Positions 1-11,143 of a stretch of DNA of 64,000 bases are shown piece by piece. Location of the stretch: NCBI RefSeq assembly GCF_036321535.1, contig NC_087472.1:101682001-101746000 (forward strand). The letters are read 5' to 3'. The stretch comes from Camelus dromedarius (taxonomy: Eukaryota). The notes beneath the pieces are model-generated. The model saw nothing but the letters and a program-made list of their open reading frames with translations. It did no database searches and was not told where the DNA came from. The first letter of the stretch is position 1; each line of letters begins with the position of its first letter. The position numbers and the translations under genes were made by a program.

Positions 1-839
1 GCCCACCCAGGCCTCTTCCCCACAGCCCAGACCCCAGCCCAAGCCTCTTGCCCTGACCCTACCTTGGGCTGCCCTCTGGGCCCTCCTGGAAGACAGGCCA
101 GTGTCAGTGCAGAAGAGGACAAGGGAGAAGGGCTTGTCCTCTCTTTCCTAAGTGGTCCAGCCCCTCAGAAGGAGCACAAAGTTGCAAACTTGGCCAGAAA
201 GAACAGCCCGAAGTCCGCAAAGTTTAGGAGCCGCTGAGCACAACCGTGAAGGTCATCGCTGAGGGTCAGGCAGGGCCTGCCTCCCTCCTGCCGGCTGCTG
301 TGAAAGGGCTCCTTTTCTTCTGGCTGCCCCAGAATGGGGAGCTGCTGCGGCGCCAGCCCCTCTCCATCAGGCCGGCCTCCCCCAGCCCCCTCCCCGAGTC
401 TGGCCTGGAAGTGCCGCCAACCCCAAATACCTGCGTTCTTGGGCAGGCAGCAGGCGAGAGGCATGCTTGGATTCCCGCTCTGCTTCTTAGGGATGGGCCT
501 TTTCTTTTCTCCAAAGCCCTCTCAGAGTCCCGGGAGCAGAAAGCCGATCTCCTTAAGTCGGCAGGCAGAGCAGGGGGGTGGGAGGGCGAGGGAGGGCAAC
601 CTTCGGCAAGGAGGGTGGCAGACTTTCCCACAGCATCTGTGCTGCCTCTGGGACTCCCCCCTGGAGGGGGAGATGGTCTCACCCAAGTGCCGGGCCAGCT
701 GCTAATCCCTGCGGGGTTCCTTTGAATGGCAAATCAGGATTCCGGGGCAGCCTCCGACACACCCTGTCTCCAGAGGAGGGGCTTAGCAGCGCTCTCAGCC
801 CTGGAGGAGTTCAGAAGGCAGTGGTACTTTCTTCCCAGC

Positions 840-945
840 CTTGCTGCTCCAGGTGCAATGGAGGGCATGGGGTTGGCAGCACTGGCATCACTTGGGAGCT
901 TGTTAGACATGCAGACTCTCAGGCCCCGAGTTTGAGAAGCTCTGC
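840..945. mobile_element. MER5A/B-like hAT-Charlie MITE fragment (internally deleted)
   Basis: cagcactggcatcacttgggagcttgttagacatgcagactctcaggcccc followed directly by agtttgagaagctctg matches both ends of the recalled MER5A consensus. Confidence 0.7.
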
Positions 946-3029
946 CAAGTGCCACATGGCTATGGAAACCATTAGCACGCGACCAGAGGCCGGAAGCTGG
1001 ACAAACACTAAAACCCAGGGAGCCATAGCAGCCCAGCCCAGCCCCTATGCTGACTGCCCAGTCCTGAGAAGGAATACACCCCCTTCCATCTCCCTGCCGC
1101 CACCCATTCTTCACACCAGGCCAGGGCTGGTTCACTTGGCTGTGAAAAAAAATTTAGGTCGGTGTAAGGCTGAGCTATTCAACAGGTCTGCAAATATTTG
1201 CACACATGCTGAAAGGATGAGGGGTGGGATACAACTGGAGTTTGCTCTTTGCAGGTTGCAAATCAATTTCTGATCCTCTCCCACCCCAACACACGGCACC
1301 TGTATCAACACGTTAGACTCTTGTGATGCCAGTAACAACAGTAATAGTACGTGGCAAGCATCCTTGAGTCCTTTCACAAACATCGACCGTCCTGGAGCCT
1401 CTTTCAGATCGCCCTCTTGGCAAGAAAGGGAGAACAGAAAGACTTCCACAGCTCTGCGCTAACAGCTTTTATGTCCTCATGGCACAGGCTCTCCCTCCCA
1501 CCCAGCAACTGCATCCACTGCGGAAGCTGGAAGGGTGGAGCGAAAGGGAAGAAGGGAAACTAACGGAGAGTCAGAGACTGTGCTTTGTGGTCCAGCAAGA
1601 ACATGGAAATAACTAATCGCGAGGGAGATGGACTCGCTCTCTTCTCACACTGTCACCAGATTTCTGGCGATGGCGGCGGCATCAGCTCCCTGCTGCTGCT
1701 CCACAATCATGTGGGGCCAGAGCTGGAGTGGGTGACTTCACTTTATTTCTGAAGAGGATCGGAACGGTGCTGAGGTTCTGGGATGCACTAAGACGGCCCA
1801 AATCAACAGAGGGTTTGGCTGGAACCTGGAACCAGACACAGTTGTCAGCCTTCCAGGCATCTGTTAGAGGCATCAGCGGACGGCAGGGGCACTGCCTAAA
1901 ATACTGCCAGCTGCAGGGCTCCTGCCTGTGTCCCCTCCCATTTGCAGAGTGTCAGGGCCCCGCTTGAGGGAAGAAATCAAAGGGCTGTGGAGAAGGCAGA
2001 GGCAAAGTGGGGCAGGGATGAGGACGGAGGAGAGCGAAAGCAAAGAGGGTGGCCCTGGGCTTTCCTGGGATTTGTGTGGGCTCTTGAAAGCAATCATGGT
2101 GGGCTTTTGAGTAGAAAAACAAGCTAAAACAGTATTTAAAAACCTTTGGATTCCCAGTCTTGCCTCAAACAACAATCACTCATAAAAACTCAGAATGGAA
2201 GGAAATGGTGCCATTGTTTTATTTTCTATGGGAAGTCATAATAGTTTTTAAAAGGTTAATCTCCTTCTCAGCCCTGTTTTTTCCCTTCCATTGACCCCAA
2301 GCTGAAAAGGAAAAATATTTGCACTTGGTGTTTGAAAACCACAGTGAATTAGCTTTTGTTGTTCATGGCAAAGCCACTATTTAGCTGCCCAGAATCAAAC
2401 CAGATGTCAGGGAAGAAAGAAGGCCCCGCATCCTGTGAACTTGCCTTTCACCTCTGCAGAAGGGCTGAGGGGAGGGCTGGGCCAAGACGACAAAGTGGAG
2501 CGAGTGCGGTGGCCAGCACATCCAGCGTGCAGTTTCAATGCAACTGCTGGTTAGCTCTTTGTGGGATTCTGTCTGCGGGACCAGAATGCAGCAGCTCTGG
2601 GAGCCCGGATGCATGATGCCTCTGGACTTCCAGAGGTTTCTTCTGTGGACCCTAGGCCATCAGCACCATCCCATAGGTGGCAGAGACCAAGGTGAGCAAT
2701 AGAAAGTATGGCAGGGAGAATGAGGAGCAGAAAAAACACAGGCAGAGGTCAGCAGGACTTGCTGGAACACTCCATCTATCAGAGAAGGTGAAAAAAAGAA
2801 ACCCGAAAAGGAAAAGAATATATGTTCTTTCTGCGGCCTTCCAGCAGAGTACGAGTAGATTAGTATTCAGTTTTTGCAGTCTTGTTTCTCTTTAGCACAC
2901 CACCCACCACAACTCAAAGCTCAAATTAGGCCAAAAAAAATTCCTATGGGGCTTAGTCTGTCTCTCAGTTTCCTGAATCTAGCAGCGTAAGCAAGCAGGA
3001 AGGCCTCTCTACACTGGGACCCTTTTGAT

Positions 3030-3150
3030 CCACTCAACAAACAGTTACTAAGCCCCCACTTTGGTAAGTAAGATATCTGGGTGACACCAGAGGCCCTGGA
3101 TACTATTCCTGCCCATGAGAAGTTTACAGCCTATTGGGAGAAGATGAGAC
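3030..3150 (-). mobile_element. L2 LINE 3' end fragment
   Basis: cactcaacaaacagttactaagccccc...cctgcccatgagaagtttacagcctattgggag resembles the reverse complement of the L2 tail. Confidence 0.5.
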
Positions 3151-3219
3151 ACACTCAAAACAACAACCATAAATCACAGCAACAGGTACCATTGTTCAAA
3201 GTGTAATGATGTCAGTGAC

Positions 3220-3356
3220 TGCGCTTTCTGTTTACTAACTTAGTTAATCCTTACAATGACCCTGTGCGGTAAGTTCTGTTATTCCCATTTTACAGATGAG
3301 GAAACAGAGGCTCCGAAAGCTTAAAGAACTTGACCAAGATGACACAGCTATTAAGC
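3220..3356 (-). mobile_element. MIR SINE
   Basis: MIR core cccattttacagatgaggaaacagaggctc...cttgaccaagatgacacagcta. Confidence 0.9.
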
Positions 3357-3364
3357 TAGCAGGA

Positions 3365-3456
3365 GTCTTTGTTCTTCTCACTGCTGCAGCCCAAGAGCTG
3401 AGGACAGTGCCTGGCACTGGTAGCAGGTGTTCAATTAATATTTGCTGAATGAAGAA
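3365..3456 (+). mobile_element. L2 3' tail
   Basis: ctcactgctgcagccc...acagtgcctggcac...ggtgttcaattaatatttgctgaatgaa. Confidence 0.75.
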
Positions 3457-3634
3457 AGCAGCTGCCGGCGCAAGGAAGGGCTTTCTGGGGCCTTGGAGAT
3501 GAGTTCTGACGCATGGCTAGGATTTATGCCAAGACGAGGGTAAAAGGCACACTGGGAAGAAAACAGAAAATGAACAAATGCACCTCTAAGGAAACGTGGC
3601 TGCTTTACAAAATAGCAAAAATTGTAGGAGGGAA

Positions 3635-3786
3635 GAGTAGTTAAGAGATGGACCCCTGAGTCAGAGAGACTGGGATCCTACTGTGACTCTGCTGCCATAA
3701 GTTATGTGAACACGGCTAAGTCAGGAGGCATTAAATCTCTCAGGGTCTCATCCTCCTTATTTGCAAAATGGTGATATCACCTACTA
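3635..3786 (+). mobile_element. MIR SINE, 5' part (resumes at about 4222-4248 and 4334-4390)
   Basis: gttaagagatggacccctgagtcagagagactggga...ctcatcctccttatttgcaaaatggtgata; later ctcgaagagttgctgggaggattaaat. Confidence 0.7.
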
Positions 3787-4200
3787 TGGAAGAAACTATT
3801 AATTTCCTACCCAACCTTCCATATTTGCCTTCTCTTTCAAATTGATAAAAACCTCAATTTTTTAACTTGGTCCACTGCCATACAACCAAGAGGCTACATG
3901 TCCAGGCCTCCCTTATAGCTAGAGGCTTCTATCTGGCCAATGAGATCAAAGCAGCTGTGGTGTGGGATTTCTAGAAAGTCTCTTTAGAACACAAGTGTCA
4001 TGATCCTTCTTTCATCCTCCTGTTTGGGCTAATGATGTGATGACTGGAGCTCCAGCAGCCATCTTGGGCTGGGAAGATGAGGACCGCGAGGATGGTGGAT
4101 CCAAGAGCTGGAAGGAGCCTGGGTCGCTCATTACATACCGTCCCTGGACTTCTTTTACACAAGAGACAAATAAATTTCCATCTTTTTAAGGCCTTCATTC
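3787..4200 (+). mobile_element. MLT1 (MaLR) solo LTR, MLT1J/K-like
   Basis: aggcctcccttatagctag...tggccaatgagat...ggagctccagcagccatcttgg...gaaggagcctgggtc...aaataaatttccatctttttaagg. Confidence 0.8.
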
Positions 4201-4248
4201 ACCCTCAATGGATATATTTGTCTCGAAGAGTTGCTGGGAGGATTAAAT

Positions 4249-4333
4249 ATATATGTATATAACCGAATCACTATGTTTACAGCAGAAACTAACACAACAT
4301 TGTAAATCAACTATACTTCAATTAAAAAAAAAA
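4249..4333 (+). mobile_element. Short L1 3' tail with poly(A), cetartiodactyl type
   Basis: gtatataaccgaatcactatgtttacagcagaaactaacacaacattgtaaatcaactatacttcaattaaaaaaaaaa. Confidence 0.85.
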
Positions 4334-5029
4334 GATAATGCATACTAAATACAATGCTCAAACAAATCTCAACAATCATGTTTTGCTGTTCTTCTTATCA
4401 CGACTCTTATCATTATCATTACAAAATCCAGAATATTCCCTTGTTCTGCACTAGGCTGAACCATCTTCAGTTATTTAATTAATCAGTTTGCTTAGAACGC
4501 CTTAGGATTGTGTCTTTCACGAGAACCTAGTCATGAGTCTTCCTATCACAGGGTCCCCGATAACAGAACAAAATATTTCTCTTTGAATTTCATCACCAAA
4601 TCATCCACATAACCAATCATATTGAACGTCTAGACCTGTGAGTGAAACAAGGAGGGGGAGGGGTTGGCAGGTTAACACTCCTGAGTGTGGGGACTGGGAA
4701 GCATTAATTAAATTCTAAGTTTGGTCAGATGTCCCTTTTTGGAAAGCTCCATGGCAACTCAGTGCCCCAAAAGAGACTCCTTTTTCCCAACCAGACAGAC
4801 TTTCACATTTCAGGACACACAAAAGAAATTTGTGAAGGTACAATTTGCTTAAAAAGTTCTGAGAGTCAGCATAGTACACTGTACTGCAACAGACTTGCTG
4901 AGAACTGTGGATCTGTTTACTTACATCTCTGCTTCTTAGTGTCTTTGAGAGATTGTGTGGTTTGTTCCTGAACTTGATCAGTAACTGTTTTCTAAAAGAT
5001 CTAAGGAAGGGAAGAAATGCCATGAGCCA

Positions 5030-5220
5030 GAATGCGTGGTTCCCACTGGTCAAAGGACTGGCTGCATGCAAATTACCAAGGAGCCACTTAGCAACATTAT
5101 GGCATCTCAGGCCCCACTCAAGACCCCCTGAATAAGAATCTTGGGTTGCAGGGCCTGGGAATTTGTATTTTGAAAGCTGCCCTTGTGATTCTGATGTGTA
5201 GTTAGGTTTGGGACTGTTGT
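5030..5220. mobile_element. MER5-family hAT-Charlie MITE
   Basis: ctcaggccccactcaagaccccctgaataagaatcttggg...ggcctgggaatttgtattttgaaagctgcccttgtgattctgatg. Confidence 0.75.
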
Positions 5221-5247
5221 GAAATGCACTCCCTTTCCTCAACTGTC

Positions 5248-5625
5248 TCTTAGGTTGGGTTACTTAGAAGCCAAGTCCACAATGGGGATTCTTGTTCAAA
5301 TGATGTCTGGAGGGGGTGCTCTCAGTGCAAGGTGCACAGAGGAGGCAGGATGCAGCAGGGGAAGGGACTAAGCAAGGGTGTGGCCTCAGCTGGCAGTCTG
5401 GTTCAGCCTGACCCCTCAGGGAGCTCTGAACTACAGATGAGAGCACAGGGCTGGTCTCACGTTGAGGCAGAAGGGTTGGCAGGACTAGCATTTGGCAGAC
5501 AGCAATTCTCGGGGGAAGGGGCAGCTGGCGCCTTTAACAGCCAACACTCACAGCAGCTGGAGGAGTGCACCAGCTGGGAAAGGGGAGACGGGCAGGGCAC
5601 CGACAGCACCACTCCCAACTCCAAC
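5248..5625 (-). mobile_element. ERVL LTR16-like solo LTR
   Basis: Reverse complement contains ccagctgctgtgagtgttggctgttaa and gagctccctgaggggtcaggctgaaccagactgccagctgaggccacac, which are also homologous to the element at 37.8 kb. Confidence 0.8.
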
Positions 5626-6574
5626 CTGCTGGCTGTAGTGGAGTCGGCCTCAGCACTTCTGTGGCTTTTCTCTCCACTGAAGCCCTAATGTCTACACTCC
5701 CTTTGTCAATTCAGTCCGAGTTTACCTTTTACAGAGGGTCTTGGAGAAGAGTTTAGCCCGTAGGGCAGTTTTCAGAATCTGATATGGTCCTTTCAAGGAC
5801 CAGGGCCACTGAGCGGGAACATCGGATTACCCATGCATCTGCTGGGATTATAATCTGCGTGCTAATTTGTGCCAGGAGTTGGCCCAAAGTCCATGTCCCT
5901 GAATCCCTCTCACGAATTCCAGCCATATTCACTCATCTGCTCCTTAACAAGTGACTCAGGGAACCCAGCCACCTGGCGGTCCATCCCCTCTTTCTGCTCC
6001 CTTGACAAATCAAGATGCAAACTACTGAACTTCATTTGGCTTGTTCTCCATGACTCCTAAATAGGTCAAATCACTTTGGAAACTGGCCAAAAGCTAATTT
6101 TGTATTCACCACTGACCTGTTTTATTCCTTTGGCATTTCAGGAAAAAAGTGGGGTGAATGCCTTTTCTCCTTGTTGGTCTAAATCCCCATCCCCTGGAAT
6201 GAAATTTGCAGCCCAGGCCACTGTGATTTATTCAGAGCTATGGCTACTTTGTCAGTGGACTGCTACCCAAGCTTGCTGGCTGCCCATCTGCTGGATCCCT
6301 GTACATATGTGCACGTGTGTGGAAAACTAAAGGCCCAGCAGGCCCCAGTTGGAGCTGCCTTTCCCCACAGCTGTTCCAGCCTCCACCCGGCCTAATACTA
6401 GGGTCTGTTGAAGTCGTCCTTCCCACATGGTCAAGAAGTCGGGGGCATGGACGATAAAGCACACCTCAGTCCCCCATCTGTCAGTTGCTTTTCATCAGGA
6501 GATCAGCCAAATAGTTTATGTAGGACTCCATCCCCCTCTAGAGCCCCGCAGCTACAGGGTCTCTGCTCTCATCA

Positions 6575-6593
6575 AGGAAGTGCCGCCATTTTG
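6575..6593. promoter_or_regulatory. Adjacent ETS (AGGAAGT) and perfect YY1 (GCCGCCATTTTG) motifs
   Basis: aggaagtgccgccattttg in unique sequence; motif match only, function not shown. Confidence 0.4.
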
Positions 6594-7084
6594 GTTTTGT
6601 ATGTTGGAGCCGAACCCCAGGAAAGGGAGCAGCGAAGGGAGCGAAGAGTGAAGAGTGCTGATAAAAAAAAAAGAGGGGGGGATAATAAGCTCTCCTTCTG
6701 TGGGTCATTCAGATCCAAAAGGAAGCTCGACACTTCCAACCAGTCCAAGTCTGCAGCTAGAAAAATTAAAAAAAAAAAAACAGGCCTGGCTCGACTGGCT
6801 CTCTAGAAGTGGCTCTGTGGCAATGCCTTTATGTAATTGTAAGATGTCAATCTCCCTCCCCATCTTATCCCAGATTTCATCATTTGTTTTGAGACATTTA
6901 GTTGTTGTTTTCCCTTTCCTGCCTAAACTGAGAACTACCTGCAGATCAGTCTGCAGGCCATCTGGACCTACCAGAAGGACAGGTGTGGTGATTTTAATAG
7001 GGCTCTGCTCCCTCTTCCCACTGAATCTGAAGCCACAATGTGAAGTTCCTCCTGGTAATATAGTAATGATAAAATGACTATTCT

Positions 7085-7290
7085 ATTCATTCAGCAGATA
7101 TTTACTAAGCACCTGTTAGGTGTCAAGCATTGTTTTAAATGCTTTGTGTTTGCTCATTCAGTTAATTCTCACAACAATTCTATGAGGTAGATACTAGTAT
7201 TACCTCCATTTTACAGATCAGGAAACTGAGGTGCAGAGAGGCTAAATAACTTGCCCAAGGCACTGGAGGTGGTAAATGGTCCAGCCTTGG
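7085..7290 (-). mobile_element. MIR SINE
   Basis: tttactaagcacc...aattctcacaacaattctatgaggtag...ccattttacagatcaggaaactgaggtgcagagaggctaaataacttgcccaagg. Confidence 0.9.
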
Positions 7291-9607
7291 CTCCTAACTG
7301 CTATACTGGCTCACTCCAGTGACAGAGGTGAGGAAACTCATTATCCTGCCTCAGAAAGCACCATCTCCCATCACTCACATCCCAACCCTTGCTTTGCTGA
7401 GTGTTTCGGGGGAACGTTCATGAGCAGATTGAACTCTGTGTGTGTGTTTAAGTCCATGGGTGTGTGCATGCATGGGTGGCCAAATGCACCGTCTTATGCA
7501 GAGCTCTCCCTTGAGCCTAGATAGGGGTTCCCATTCATAATAAAGTTGAAAACAGGACCTGAAGCTCTTCACCTTGTGTGGCTCTCCACTGCTATTTCCA
7601 CAAACAGGAATGGGAAAGCCAGTAACATACTCCTCTGGCAAGGCCAGGAACCCTCACCCTGGGCCTGAGCTGCCCCTCAGTACCAGAACCTTCTAGTTGG
7701 CAGGGGTTCCAGTTAGCAAGAACGATTATCAAGTACCTGAATGATCACAAGGAGTCCAAAGATGAATTCATACAAATGCAGATGTTTGGGGAGAAGAGGC
7801 CAGAGTCTGTGGAAGCGCAAGTAGAGCCCCCACGTTCCCATTTTGGGTCTTTTTACCTTCTAGGCTGGCACCCCCTCTTCCCCTCTCCAACCACCTTGCC
7901 TTCCTGAATCAAAACTAACCATACTTTACTTTGATTGATCCATCCTACCTCCTGATAAGGGTTTAAGTGTTAGCCATTCCTATGGAATTTGCGTTTTAAT
8001 GGCAATTACTGGCCTAATGCTCATAGGATAAACCTGAAAAGGTAGAACTAGCCTATCAGTCACTAGGTGGGAGAGGATCTGGGCATGGAAGGGGCAGGGG
8101 GAGAAACCACTGGGCTTTCTATGATTCTAAAACTAAAAAGCTAACAGTTGACTTAAAATTTCTTGAGGATCCTAGTAAAAGCAAAACTATGTTTTACTCT
8201 GAGATGGGGAAGAACATTAAAACAGTCTTAAGAGCAAGACCATTCAGGGACAGAGAGAGAGCATGAGATAATCTCCAAGGTCCCTAATGGTTCTGACATT
8301 CTGATTTAACTTTCCCCCCTAGCTTTTGAGGATGCTGGGTCCTTCAGAGTGAGTGCTGAAGAGAAGGCCTGGCTTCCCCAAATCCAAAAGTATTCAAGAT
8401 GGCAGCACAACTGCTGTCTTAGTTATGTACTTATTGACTCTAAGAGTTGAGTGTATTAATTAAAAGACATTTTGTGCCACTATCGTGTGGTCGTGGCTCC
8501 TCTCACACTCTGCACTGTGGACCTGGAGGCAGAAAAGTTAGGGTATCCAGTCCAATAAGAAACCCAGGAAAACCTCAGTCTTCTTATGTCCCTTAGCATG
8601 AAATCCCTTCAACCAGAATGGTGCTAGCCTTCACTGAGCTCCTGCTGGATGTGAATTAAGTTTATTTAGTTTGGCTACCTCAGATAAGGAAATTCCAGAA
8701 GCTTTCCAGTTCCTTTTAGATTTATTAGAAATGACATCATGCACTCAGATGCTGGATTCTTGATTGAGTCCAACACTATGAGAATGGATATGATGGAATG
8801 TTAAGACTGGATAAAAGCCTACACAGTCAACTTGGTGAAGGGAGAACACTTGAAGAAGATAAGAGTCATTTTCTCATCTGCCCACTTAATGACAAGACCC
8901 AAACACTTGACCATCCACAAAACTTGCAGGCATGGGACTGAATGGTTAGACTTGGAATTCTAGTCTTTTTCATTCAGGGAGTACAAGTAAGAGCTCCCCC
9001 GATGTGTAAAATGGAGTAGCTTTTCATTCTCCTGAATTTGAAATGGTTTGGTGATGATTTAATTCACAAAGAGAACAAAGTCTTCATGCTGTACCGACAT
9101 TTTTTGACTCTCTCCTTTAAGACTTGTTCAACCACTTTTGCTGCCTTTGAGTTATCAGATGCTAACCTCAGTGCTGCATCTTTACCTTGAGTGCATCTGA
9201 CCTGGAACTTCATTCCATTGCTTTCCTTTACCCTTTGGAAAGCATAGCAATGCAAGAAAAGCAAAAGTCAAGAACACCTGCCTTAACCTTCCGACAGTGA
9301 TGTGGAGTTCATCACTAAGAACTTAGCAAACTTTCCAGTGCTTGGTCCCAACAGGCACAACAGCCTGGTCTAAGTCCTTCATGGTGACATGCCACTTAAG
9401 TTACTGCCATGTCCAATCAGAGAGAGGTCCATTCCAGGGCTGGCTGTGGCCAGCAGTGTATTTCACAGCTGCATGAGTAACAATGTGAGATTATTTTACA
9501 TCCATGAAACCATTAACTGAGAAGGTCCCGGAAACAAAGCCATGAGGGAACGTGCCATTGATAGCTGTGGCTGCAGAGTGATCCTCCCTCGCCCAGCTCT
9601 CTCTCAG

Positions 9608-9634
9608 GCAGCCTAAGCAGCCTAAGCAGCCTAG
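9608..9634. repeat. 9-bp tandem repeat (GCAGCCTAA)x3
   Basis: gcagcctaa gcagcctaa gcagcctag. Confidence 0.9.
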
Positions 9635-9760
9635 GGAGAAACCCACTGTGCTGCGGCTTTCTAGAAGGATGAGAATGCTTAACCTTTCCTCGCCAGGCTT
9701 CTAAGCACTGAAGAACCACAGGATGGGATGGATAAGGAAAGTAGAGGATGAAGTTTAGAT

Positions 9761-10281
9761 CTGCTCTGTCCAATATGACAGCCACCAGCTCAACCCCATC
9801 TATTGAGCACTTGAAGTGTGGCCCATGGGAAGAGGAACTGAATTTTAAATTTCATTTAAAGTAATTTTCATACTGACACTCTATTCGATTATAGGAAGAA
9901 CTTGAATATGAATGTACTTTTTCAAATTTTGTGGAACTTTATGAAATCTGAATACAGATCAAGAATTTCTGATGAAAATTTAGCATCTAAAATGAGATGT
10001 GCTCTAAATGAGAATACACACTGGGTTTTGAAGACTTAATATGAACAAAGAAGGTAAGAACATGTCTAATATTTTCTATTGATTTTATATGATTTGATTT
10101 TTTTCATGATTATATTTTATTGATTTTATACGCCAAAATGATAATATTTTATACATACTGGGTTAAATAAAATACATCATTAAAATCAGTTTCACTTGTT
10201 TCTTTTTCACTTTTTTAAGTGACTACTGAAAATTTTAAACTACATAACTGACTCACATGGTATTTCTAATGGACACTGCTG
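9761..10281. mobile_element. Charlie1b/MER33-family hAT DNA transposon, about 520 bp
   Basis: TIR-like ends ctgctctgtccaata ... taatggacactgctg; internal tattgagcacttgaagtgtgg, gaggaactgaattttaaattt, gatgaaaatttagcatc, tgggttaaataaaatac. Confidence 0.85.
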
Positions 10282-10505
10282 GCTTTGAATGAGCCGAATC
10301 AAAACATTTCAAATCATTTTTTTGCAAGTATGGATTATAAGTTGAGAAGAAAATCTTGAGGTTTTAATCAGCTAAGAAGTGAATTACCTCATGGTGCTTT
10401 GGAGGAAGTTAGCACAACCTCTCCCTCGGTGAGTGGGCCAACTTGGGGGCATCTGCTCACTGGCGGTTTCCATGCTAAAGCTGGGCTGGTTGGAACGTTC
10501 TAGAA

Positions 10506-10775
10506 CAGTAGTTCTCCAGTTTTGGTCAGGGGACCCCTGGGGGTCCCTGAAACCCTTTCGGGGAATCTGCAAGGTCAAAACTATTATCATAATGATATGA
10601 AGACATTCCTTGCCTTTTTCACTCATTCTCCACTGGGTGACATCTGATAGCACACCAGCTGGAACGTACAAGCAGATACTGGAATCCTGTGGTCCTCTGT
10701 TAAGCCAGACTGCTATGCAAGAGATTTGTTTAAAAAAAAAAACACAGGAAAAGGATGCCATTCTCCTCACTAACA
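10506..10775. mobile_element. hAT-Charlie element (MER119/Charlie7/MER106-like end)
   Basis: cagtagttctcc...ggacccctgggggtccctgaaaccctttcgggg...aggtcaaaactattatcataat...ttaagccagac. Confidence 0.75.
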
Positions 10776-10849
10776 TTTGTCCTGGAAAATCTAGTGGTTT
10801 TTTTCCCCTCAGAATATTTTATTTAGAAACCTGTAGTGTATATAATGTA

Positions 10850-11143
10850 GAATATGTTCTTGAGTAGAAGAAGCCAGACACAAAAGAGGACATGTTACAC
10901 GATTCCATTCTTATAAAGTTAAAAAACAGGCAAATCTCATCTATGAGATGAGAAATCAAGACAGTGATGGCCTTTGGGCAGGAAGGAGAGCCTGTGGGGG
11001 ATGCTGGGAGCTGGTAAGTCTAGGCCTTGACCTGGCACAGGGGGCTAGAGGGGTGTGTTCATTTTTTACTAATTCATTGGCCATATGATTTGAGCATTTT
11101 TCTGTGTGTATGTTAGACCTCACTCAAAAGGTAAAAAAAAAAA
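10850..11143 (+). mobile_element. Old L1M (L1ME/L1MD-like) 3' UTR with A tail
   Basis: gaagaagccagacacaaaagagga...gattccattcttataaagttaaaaaacaggcaaa...ttttctgtgtgtatgttagacctc...aaaaaaaa. Confidence 0.85.

Noticed and set aside
578..1273. Longest ORF (231 aa) and overlapping ORFs at 165-935
   Set aside because: No recognisable domain; runs through a MER5 fragment; several frames on both strands are open simply because the DNA is GC-rich
1670..1735. ATGGCGGCGGCA start resembling a typical MAAA N-terminus
   Set aside because: Frame closes after about 21 codons; better explained as a YY1 motif or chance
9051..9200. Possible box C/D snoRNA (GTGATGA ... CTGA)
   Set aside because: No convincing terminal stem or recognisable rRNA/snRNA guide; such boxes occur by chance. 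A snoscan/Rfam search would settle it
9064..9264. Protein-like minus-strand peptide (DNSKAAKVVEQVLKERVKK)
   Set aside because: Not recognised; the putative acceptor lacks a pyrimidine tract and the donor is weak
10529..10549. GC-rich inverted repeat gggacccc...ggggtccc
   Set aside because: Part of the hAT-Charlie consensus end
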